Source of the DNA: an uncultured Clostridium sp.
Lineage (GTDB): Bacteria > Bacillota > Clostridia > TANB77 > CAG-508
DNA: 64,000 bases
Assembly (NCBI GenBank): GCA_948438085.1
Contig: CAOJKP010000001.1
Location: 29,302 to 93,301 of the forward strand
Direction: 5' to 3'
Each line of letters opens with the position of its first letter. Within the stretch, counting starts at the first letter, position 1. Below the pieces are notes generated by a model. That model was not told where the DNA came from, searched no databases, and worked only from the letters and a program-made list of their open reading frames with translations. A program made the translations under genes and the position numbers. This document shows, piece after piece, positions 10,375 to 20,900 of this stretch.

Positions 10375-10604
10375 AGTATTATTGTTTAGAATCATAGTAC
10401 TTTATTTTTTTTATTGCTCTACGTGGTTTTACCCCAGAAAAACAACTATTCACTAGCAACCGTTAGGTCGCATAAAAGTTCGATTCCAGAAAGATAAATT
10501 ATATTTAACATAATGTAATTTTATAAAAAATTAATACAAAGCCCAAAAAATGTGATATAATAAAAAAATGTCAGTAAAAAATATAAATATTAGAGGGGAA
10601 AAAT

Positions 10605-12005
10605 ATGGTACAATTAGGTTTAATACATTGGGCTTTTTTAATATTATTTATTTTAATAATATTTTTAATGATTATGAAAAAAGATACAATGTTTTGTTAT
10701 TTTGTAGCAATTTTAATTTTTGGATTATTTGCTACAGGTTCTGTAACTAAAGCAATATGTGGAATATTTGGAAGCTTATTATATGCCTTTAAAGATTTAT
10801 CTAATCTTATTTTTGCAATTGCTTGTGTCACAGGTCTTAGTAAACTATTAGAAAAAACAGGAATATTGGAATTTTATTTAAAACCATTAACGAAACTCGT
10901 AAAAAATAAATATGTTGGATTTTGGCTAATAGGAATAATTACATTAGTAATAGCACTATTCTTTTATCCATCACCAACAGTTGTATTAATAGCAATGATG
11001 TTTTTACCAGTTGCAAAAAAAATAAAGATGCCAATAATGTGGGTAGCAGTATCACTTAACTTGTTTGCACATGGGTTTGCATCTTCAGGAGATTACATAT
11101 TACATGCAGCTCATACTTTAGTGGCAAAAGCAGCAAACATTCCTGTTGAAACATTAATGAAAGCGAACATACCAATATGGATAGTAATGGGATTAACAAC
11201 AGCAACAGTAGCATTTATACTATTATGTAAAAACGAAAAAAATAAAAAACAAATAGATACAGAAGAACATATAGAAAATGAATCAATTAAAGAACTAATA
11301 CCAATCAAAAACAATTATAATCTTAGCAAAACAAAGAAAAAAATATTTGCTTATATGACATTAATTGTATTAGTATTAGATATTATTCTTATGTTTGCTT
11401 TACAATTAAAAACAGCTGATGCAAATGCTCTAGTTTGTGGAACAGTAATAATGATGATTTGTATTATAAGTATATTTGGCTTAAAAGGAACTAAAGAAAT
11501 AGAAGATTCAATAGTATATGGAATGAAATATTCTATAGAATTATTTATTAAAGCTATACCGATGGCAGCATTCTTTTATTTAGGAGATTCAGCATTTAAT
11601 ACAATATATGGAGAAGGAATATTAAGTCCAGAATCAAATGGTATTATAAATGATTTAGGAGTCACACTTACAAATATCTTTTCAATTAATAAGGGAACAG
11701 CTGTAATTGTTACAGGAACTTTAGGGGCAATTACTGGATTAGATGGTTCAGGTATATCAGGAATTTCCTTAGTTGGAACAACAGCTGCGTTATTAACACA
11801 ATCATTTAGCAATGGAACTGCTGTTGTTGCAGCATTTGGGCAAATATTAGCAAAATATGTAGGAGCTGGTTGCCTTGTTCCAGTAGCTGCACTTCCAGTT
11901 GCAATAGCTTGTGATATTGATGTTAGAGAATTAATAAAATTCAATTTAAAGCCAATATTAATTGGGGCAATCGTTACGGGAATAGTAACATTCTTTTTAA
12001 TATAA
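10605..12005 (+). CDS. Polytopic membrane protein, putative transporter
   Basis: About 12 hydrophobic segments and a GAITGLDGSG motif. It has its own TG-n-TATAAT promoter at ~10553 and a GAGGGG RBS. Confidence 0.65.
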   Translation: MVQLGLIHWAFLILFILIIFLMIMKKDTMFCYFVAILIFGLFATGSVTKAICGIFGSLLYAFKDLSNLIFAIACVTGLSKLLEKTGILEFYLKPLTKLVKNKYVGFWLIGIITLVIALFFYPSPTVVLIAMMFLPVAKKIKMPIMWVAVSLNLFAHGFASSGDYILHAAHTLVAKAANIPVETLMKANIPIWIVMGLTTATVAFILLCKNEKNKKQIDTEEHIENESIKELIPIKNNYNLSKTKKKIFAYMTLIVLVLDIILMFALQLKTADANALVCGTVIMMICIISIFGLKGTKEIEDSIVYGMKYSIELFIKAIPMAAFFYLGDSAFNTIYGEGILSPESNGIINDLGVTLTNIFSINKGTAVIVTGTLGAITGLDGSGISGISLVGTTAALLTQSFSNGTAVVAAFGQILAKYVGAGCLVPVAALPVAIACDIDVRELIKFNLKPILIGAIVTGIVTFFLI

Positions 12006-12064
12006 GTATAGTAATAAACCACCTTTTTCTTTATATAATTAGTATAAAGGAAAGGTGATTTTTT

Positions 12065-13764
12065 GTGCTAGAAAATTATAGTATTAGTAGAATGAAAAGA
12101 ATAAGAAATATGTTATTTATAACATTTTTTATTTTAACATTATTAATTTTTAGATTAGGATATATTCAACTTATTACAGGAGAAGAATTATCTGCTATGG
12201 CATATAAACAGCAATCGTTAGATAGGAAAATTAATCCAAAGCGAGGAACAATATATGATTCTACAAAGAAAAATATATTAGCTGTAAGTGCTAATGTAGA
12301 AACTGTAACAATAAATCCTGTAAATATAAAAGAAGAAGATAAAATTAAAGTTGCAAAAGCATTATCAGATATACTAGGTGTAGATTATGAAAAAACATTA
12401 AAAAAAGTAAAGAAAAGAAGTTCAATAGAAACTATAGCAAAAAAAGTTGAAAAGGAACAAACAGATAAATTAAGAGTATGGATTCAAGAAAACAATATTA
12501 CATCAGGAATAAACATAGATGAAGATACAAAAAGGTATTATCCATATAGTAATTTAGCAGCACAATTTATAGGATTTTGTGGAAGTGATAATCAAGGATT
12601 AGACGGAATAGAAGCAATATATGAAAAAGAGTTAAAAGGTAGTAATGGTAGTATAGTTAAATTAACAGATGCAAAAGGTGGAGAAATTGGAAAAGAGGGA
12701 GAAAACTATATTCCAGCTGTAGATGGAAATGATATAGTACTATCTATAGATATGACAATTCAATCAATAGCAGAAAAATATTTAAAACAAGCATGTATAG
12801 ATAATGTATGTACAGATGGTGGAAATATTGTTATGATGAATCCAAAAACAGGAGATATATTAGCAATGGCAACATATCCAGATTATAACTTGAATTCTCC
12901 ATACGAAATAAATGATGACGAATTAAAAAATAATTGGGAAAGTCTAAATGCAATACAAAGAAATGAGAGTTTGCAAAAAATGTGGAGAAATAAGGCAATC
13001 GCAGATACATATGAACCAGGTTCAACGTTTAAATTAGTTACAGCATCAGCTGCATTAGAAGAAGGGATAACCACTACTGATAAAGAAGGAGAATTTTGTT
13101 GTACAGGTAGTATAGAAATTGCAGGTACTAGAATAAAGTGTTGGAGGCATTATAGACCGCATGGTCCAGAATCTTTAAGAAATGCATTAATGAATTCATG
13201 TAATCCAGTATTTATTGGACTAGGACAGAAAATAGGAGTAAATAAGTATTATGAATATTTACAAAAATTTGGATTTCTAAATAAAACTGGAATAAATTTG
13301 CCAGGTGAAGCAAAGGGTATATTTTTAGCACAAAATAAAGTAGGACCAGTAGAACTAGCTACAATATCTTTTGGACAGAGGTTTGAAGTTACACCATTAC
13401 AGATGGTTTCTGCAGTATCTGCAATTGCAAATAAAGGAATAAAGTTACAACCAAGAGTAGTAAAAGAAATTATTGATCCCAAAACAAATGAAGTAATAGA
13501 AAATCCAGTAATAGAGAATGGTAGAGTGGTTTCAGAAGAAACAGCTCAAAATGTATTAAGTATGATGCAATCTGTTGTAGCTGATGGAACAGGAAGAAAT
13601 GCAAGTGTAAAAGGATATAATGTGGGAGGAAAAACAGGAACATCAGAGGATGGAGTTAATACCAATAAATATGTTACATCATTTATTGGTGTGGCATCTA
13701 TATCTAATCCAGAAGTTGTGATATTAGTAACTTTATATAATCCAACAGGAGAGGGAGGACACCA
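12065..13764 (+). CDS. spoVD: Class B penicillin-binding protein SpoVD/FtsI, 5' segment (interrupted by two integrated elements)
   Basis: Has RGTIYD, RYYPY, EPGSTFK (SxxK), SCN and KTGT. PBP-like sequence stops at GEGGH (13762) and resumes at 39013 with QGGAVAAP. Confidence 0.9.
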
Positions 13765-13924
13765 TGTAGGTGTCTTTTTATTGATGTTATTTACGGATAC
13801 TTAGAAAATAAGATTTGTAGTATAGAGAATGAAAAGAAAATGTAATATAAAAACAACAATAGTGAAAAAGTAAGAAAGCGTAAACAAATATAATAATGTG
13901 TAATAAAATATTAAAATAGGAATA

Positions 13925-13953
13925 TTGAAAAGGAAAACAAATTATTGTATACT
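13925..13953 (+). promoter_or_regulatory. SigA-type promoter for element 1 cargo
   Basis: TTGAAA-17 bp-TATACT upstream of the 13992 gene. Confidence 0.65.
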
Positions 13954-13991
13954 TATAGTAAGTGAGTATTTTTTAAAAGGTGGAAAGTAAT

Positions 13992-14936
13992 ATGAAATTA
14001 AAAAAATTAGTATGTGCTGTTATATGCACTATATTTGTAATTGTAATTTTAATAACAATAAATGTACAAGCATCAAATAGCTTAAAAGCTACTGTACAAA
14101 CTTCAAAAGAAGAAGTAGAAAAGGAAGAAGAGATAGAAATTACATTAAAATTAGAAGAATATCAAGACATTAAAAATGGAATTAATGCCTATAAAGCAAT
14201 TTTATATTATGATGAAGATACATTTGAAGAAGTGCTTGAACAAAATTTTACATGTAAAAACAATTGGGAACTTTTAAAATATAATAAAGATACAAAAGAA
14301 TTTATTGCTATAAAAAAAGCAGGAAGCAAAGCTCCTGAAGAAGTGGCAAGTATTACTTTGAAAACAAAAAAAGAAGTAGAACCAAAAACAACAGAGATTA
14401 AAATTAAAGATATTGTTACATCAGATGGAAAAACAGATATTAATGTAGATGAAGCAAAACTAACAATTAATGTTATTAAAGAACAAGGAGAAATACCAGG
14501 AGAGCCAGAAAAAACAGAAAAAATTACATCTGATAAGTATAAAATAGAACAAGGATATATAGGAAGAATACTACCTAGAACAACAGTTAGTCAATTTAAA
14601 CAAAATGTAACAGTAGAAAATGTAACAACAAATCCACAAATGATGTTTATAGACGAAAGCGGAGAAGTATTACAAGAAGATAGTTTAATTAAAACTGGTA
14701 CAAAATTAAAAGTAGGTTCTAGTTTACAATTTACTCTTATTGTAACAGGAGATATAGATGGAGATTCAAGTATTACAATAAACGATTTAGCTTCTATAAG
14801 ATTACATCTTATATCAATAAAATTATTAACAGGGATAGAATTAAAAGCAGCAGATATGGATGCAGACAATCAAGTTACTGTAAATGATTTAGCAAATATG
14901 AAATTAATATTAATAGGTTTATTAGAATTAAAATAA
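13992..14936 (+). CDS. Secreted cohesin-like plus dockerin adaptor protein
   Basis: Signal peptide, a cohesin-like beta-sandwich (GINAYKAILYYDEDTFE), and a C-terminal dockerin pair GDIDGDSSITINDL / ADMDADNQVTVNDL. Confidence 0.75.
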   Translation: MKLKKLVCAVICTIFVIVILITINVQASNSLKATVQTSKEEVEKEEEIEITLKLEEYQDIKNGINAYKAILYYDEDTFEEVLEQNFTCKNNWELLKYNKDTKEFIAIKKAGSKAPEEVASITLKTKKEVEPKTTEIKIKDIVTSDGKTDINVDEAKLTINVIKEQGEIPGEPEKTEKITSDKYKIEQGYIGRILPRTTVSQFKQNVTVENVTTNPQMMFIDESGEVLQEDSLIKTGTKLKVGSSLQFTLIVTGDIDGDSSITINDLASIRLHLISIKLLTGIELKAADMDADNQVTVNDLANMKLILIGLLELK

Positions 14937-14952
14937 AAGGGAGTGAAAATAA

Positions 14953-17900
14953 ATGCAAAAAATTATAGATATTGTAAAAGTAAAAAAAAGATTAGCAATA
15001 TCAATAAGTATTTTTATAGTAATGTTTATATTAATATCTTTTGGTGTAATTTATGCAAGCAATGTTAATAAAGGAGAGTTAAATGGAGATGGAGAAATAA
15101 ATTACGCAGATGTTAGTTTACTAGAATTGTATTTAATTCATTTAAGAGAAATACCAGAAGATAAATTAAAAAATGCAGATATGAATAATGATGGAGAGGT
15201 TACAGTAACAGATTTAACACTTTTAATAAGGAAAATAGAAAAAACATTAGATTATGAAGTGGAAATGAGAAATATTAAAGCAAGTAATTATTATCCAAAA
15301 AAGGAAGAAGAAATAAAATTAAGTTTTGACCTTGATGTAAGTTATGGAGAAAATGTAAAAACAATTACTGTAAATGGAAACGAATATGAAGTAACAAAAA
15401 ATGAAACAGATGAAAACCAATATGAAATTACAGTAAATGTAGGAGAAATAAGTGGAGTAAAAGAATATAGATTTGAAAAAGTAACTTTAGAAAATGAAAG
15501 AGATGTTTTTGTTGATTATTTAGTTAAAATAGATGTATTAAAACAAGAACCAACGATTGCAAATTGGAAAGTGACAGAAGACATACAAAAATCAGAATTA
15601 AATATATCTTTTGACATTTTTGATCCAGATTCTGCATTTGAATCAGGAACATATAAAATTTTAGAAAAACAAGAAGATACTGAGACCGTAGAAGAGAATG
15701 TAGATTATATAAAAACAGGAACTTTAGAAAATGGTAATAATAATATAAATGTAAAAGTAGAAGAAGGAAAAAACTATAAAATTGAGTTATGTATAGAACA
15801 TGACTTAGATACAGATTCTTTAGGACAAGAAGAAGATAATAAAGGATTTACAATAGAAGAGAAAAACTTAAGTCTTATTATAGATTATGAATTTGAGTTA
15901 TCTGAGATAAAAACTTATAGACATAAAGAACAAGAAGAAGAACAAACAGAACAATTCTATATAGGAGAACATATATTATTAAAATTTAATAGTACAAATA
16001 AAACACAACATGTGCCACAAAAAGTAGTTGTAAATGGAAAACAATATGACTTGACAAGTGAAAATAACACATATGCAGTATTATTAGATGGATTTAATAG
16101 TGCAGGAACACATACAATTAATATAGAAAAAGTTATCTTAGATAATAGTAAGGAGATTGAAGTAAACCAAAATACACAAGTGAAATTAATAAAAAATATA
16201 CCAACAGTTGCAAGATTTAGAAGTAATGAAAATGTAGAACAAAAAAATATTAGTATGCTTATTTTTATAAAAGACAAAGATAAAGCAATAACTGATTTAA
16301 CTGCAAAGATACTTGATGAAGATAATAATGAAATTGCATCTAAAAATTTAACACAATATTTAAGAGATGAAAATTTAAGTGATAGTGAAGAAGTAGAACT
16401 ACAAGATACATACTTTATAAATGCAGAGATAGATTTAGGAACTACAAAATTACCAGATAGATATAAAATAAGATTGGTTGCAAGTTATTGTTTATTTGAA
16501 AATGATGAAAATTATACATATACAAATGAGACTATAGCTGAAAATGAAGCTTCTTCTACACCAGTTGTTAATATAAATAATGTACAAGTATCTAACAAAT
16601 ATCCAGAAAAGGGAGAGAATATTACATTAACATATGAAATAGAAACAAATAAGGAAGATACTGAAATAACACATATTATGGTAAATAATTTAAGATGTAT
16701 AGCAACAAAACATATAGGTGATAATGAAGATGTAACATATTCAGTAACTCTAAATGCTGGAGAAAAAGCAGGGACATTAAATTTAAATACTACAGATGTT
16801 ATATTTGAAGGGAATGTAGCAGTTGGTGTAATGAATCAAGTAATGGTAGATGTTTTAAAAGATATACCTACTAGTGAAGCATTTACACAAGTAGATGATA
16901 TAGAAAATAAATCAGTTACTTTAACAGCTCATATAATAGACAATGATAAAGCTTTAATTAGAGGAAGAGCTGAGTTAATTAGAAATAGTGACAACAAAGT
17001 AATAGATACTAAACAATTTGATGCTGACCATATTACATTTAAAATAGAAGGACTAGAGCTAAATACAGAATATACACTAGTTGCAAAAATGACATATGAT
17101 AGAGATACAAATACAATAGAAGAACAAATAAACCAAAATTATGTGGAAGATGAGATATTTAGAAGAAGACCAATTCAATTAATTGCAGATTATGAGTTAG
17201 AAATAAGCAACTTAAAAACATATAATGGAGAAAAAGAAACAAAATATTTTGAAAGAGGACAAGAAGTAACTGTAAGTTTCGATAGTGCTAATAGAACAGA
17301 ATTCTATCCAGTATATGCTATTATAAATGGAAAACAATATGAATTAGAAAAATTAGAACAAAATTATAAAACTAAAATACCAGTAGTTTCTACATTTGGT
17401 CCTAAAACAATTACAATTGAAAAAATAATTCTAAATAATACAAAAGAAATTGAATTAATGGAAAATAATGAAACACAAGTAGGAATATTAAAACTAAGAC
17501 CAACTGTTACAAATTTTGGATACAGAGAAAATGAAAATAATACAAGTATTGATGTAGAATTTACAGTAAATGATCCAGAAGATGCAATAACAGATGGAAC
17601 TATAAGAGTATTAAATGAAAATGGAGATAAAATAAAGGAAGAAAAATTAACTAAAACTTCAAATACAATTAGTTTTGAAAAAGGAATTTGTGAAGAATTT
17701 GAAATACAAATATTTGCAGATTATGACTTAGACACAAATCAAATTACAACAGGAGATAATGAATATGAAAACCAACAATTACTTAAAGAAGGAATTAATA
17801 TAAGTCAAGAAAGATTTATTGAAATAAAAGATATAATTGGGGTAAGTCTATATTCAAAAGAAAATCCAACAGTAGAAGTTACTAATATAACAGAAGAAAA

Positions 17901-20900
17901 CTTATCTAATTTAGATAATTACATAGTAAAAGTTAGAACAAAAGAAATGCCTTTATTTTACACTAAAATAAAAAGTTATGAAATAACAGAAGACGAAAAA
18001 TTAAACTTCATTTTAGATTATGATAATGTAATTCAATATGAAAATGGAAAAAAACAAAATAAATTACAAGTTACATATGGAAAAGTAAACAATGGAGTTG
18101 CTGAAAATAAAAGTATAGAAACATTAATCGCAGAGATAGAAGCAAATCCAGATGGAGACTTTACATTAACACAAGATTATGATGCATCTTATTTGCAAAC
18201 AACAGAAAACTCAATTATTAAATCTGAATTTAGAGGTACATTAAATGGAAATGGACACAAAATTCATAATTTAAACAAACCATTATTTGATACATTAGAA
18301 AGTGCAACAATTCAAAATCTTATATTAGAGAAAGTAAATTTACATGAGGCAACAAGTAAAGGAAGTATAGCAAATACTGCTACAAATACTAATATAAAAA
18401 ATGTTCATATTAGAAATTTAAATTTAGTAACTAAAGCAAATGAAACAGGTGGACTTATTGGTATGTTAACGACTGGAACTATTGAAGAGTGTAGTGTAAC
18501 AAACTATAATGTAACTACATCTGGACATATAAGAATTGGTGGTATTGTTGGATACATGGACGGTGGAACAATTAAGAATTGCTATGTACAAGGTGAAATG
18601 AATTCAACACAAAGTAAAGATGGTAATGGAATAGGTGGTATTTTAGGTCATGCATTAGCAACACCAATTACAATTGAAAACTGTATTACTAAAATAAATT
18701 ATGTATGGACTGGTGGAGGACGTAGACTTAATGGTGCTATAATAGGACTACCATCAAATACAGCAACTGTTTTAAACAATAATGTAAGTTTATCAACAGG
18801 TACAGGGATTTATAAAGTATGTGGAGCAGCTATTAGCAGAACTTCTATTAACAATTATGAATTAGAAGAATCTGGACTAACATCAAATGCTACAGGAGAA
18901 ATAGTAAAAACTATAGCAAAAAATAATATTTCAAAAGAGTTCTTTAAAGAAAGTGCAAATTTTGATGAAAGTATTTGGGATTTAGAAGGTGCTTCTTATG
19001 AAAATTTACCAAGATTAAAGGGAAATAAACAACAAGATGAAGAAGAAAACAATGAAGAGGAAGTAAACAACAATTTATATATTCCAGAATATGACAGAAT
19101 AAAACACACACCAGGATTTAATACACAAAAATTAATAGCATATCATAATATACAAAAATTAATGCCATATTATGATTCAAAATATCTTGTGTTAGATAGT
19201 GCTAATATATCAAATACACATATATTAAATACAAAAACAATAAAACATATATTACCATTTGCAAATAATAAACTTGTAACATATCTAACATCAAAGGATT
19301 ATGAAAGAATAACAAGCATAAAAGTTGTATTTACTGATAATACTATAGAAGAATATAATGTAAACTTTGAAAAACTTATGGGAAGTATTGCTATATATAA
19401 AATGCCAGAGTTAAACTTAAACTATGCATTTGGAAATTATATTTTAAATGAAGATTCAGAAGTTATTACTAAATTAGCTGATTATATAAAATCATTAGAC
19501 TATGCTACAGTATTAGAACCACTTACTGAAGCAGCAGATAGTAGATTACATAGAGATAATTACAATAATGTGATTAAAAATATGGCAGAAGAGATTGCAC
19601 TTAAAATTTTACAAAATGATGAAAATAGTGTACTTATGATAAATAATGAAATACTAAACAAAAAAATAGAGCAAGAATTGATTGGAACAGAAAAAATAAA
19701 TAAAATTATATATGCATATAATTATTATGAACGTTGGTATGGATTTGAAATAGGTGGTGCAAAAGTATCTGATATTATACTATTTGAAGGTAAAATGTAT
19801 TCAGACACAATGACATTTTATAATGTAGTAAAAGAAGTACTTGAAGGAAACTTAAATCCAGGAAATACAGATCAATTCTATAATAATAACCTAAAGAAAT
19901 ATACAGGTAGTTCGTCAATTGGATATTTCCTAGATGGTGTAATATCTAATATTGGTGGATATGAAAATGTAGATGACTGGTTTACTGAATATTTTGGAGC
20001 TAGAAATATATTAGCTGAAGTTTCAGTAGATCATATACCTGAAGTATCATACCGTGGTTGGTATCAACTTAAGAAAAATTCGAAAATGGTACTTCCAGTT
20101 ATCACTTTACCAAATGATTGTGCTTATATGATTTCTGGACCTGCTCATTTACAATTTGGACCTTCTCAGTTATATCATAAAGATACTAATACGGATGCTG
20201 GAAGAACAGCGGTTAAAAATATTGTTAATAATCATGTTAAACTTGTAAAAAGTCATTTTAGTACTTTAGCAGATTCATTTGACTATGAAAAATGGAATAG
20301 ATATTGTATTATGGTTTATGATTGTACAAAAATAATTACTAGTTATAAAACTTCTTATTTTCCTGGTACAAATATTGTAATAGGAACAAGCCCAGTTTAT
20401 ACACAAGGAAAAGTTGGTCTAGAATATCCATTTTTTAAAAACTTTAGTGAAGTTTTTGGATTATGGCAACCTGCTGGTAGTTCAGCAGGAGTTGGTAATA
20501 CTGCTGGATTCCTATGGTTCCAGGCAACACCTGGACTTACTAACTTTGATACTTGGACACACGAATTTGAACATGCTTTATATGACAAAATAATGTTACA
20601 TCAACGTGGATGTAGACTACAACTCGAAACACTTACAGAAGGTAATGTTGAACAACGTGTTAATTGGAGTGAAAATAATCTTGTACAAGATGTTGGACCA
20701 TATTACTTTAATACATCATTCAATTTGAATAAAGAGGGTAATGCTACACAAAACTTAACACCTGAGAGAATTAATACAAAAGAAAAATTAGAAAATTATT
20801 ATAAAGGACAACAAAATGCACTTGATTTGCTTGACTATATTGAAGGAAAAGCATTTATAAAATTAACACCAGAACAACAATCAAAAATTGCTACAAGAAT

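Noticed and set aside
13765-13804. C-terminus HVGVFLLMLFTDT of the 579-aa PBP ORF as the real end of the protein
   Set aside because: It is read-through into the element's att arm; the real C-terminus is at 39013-39312.
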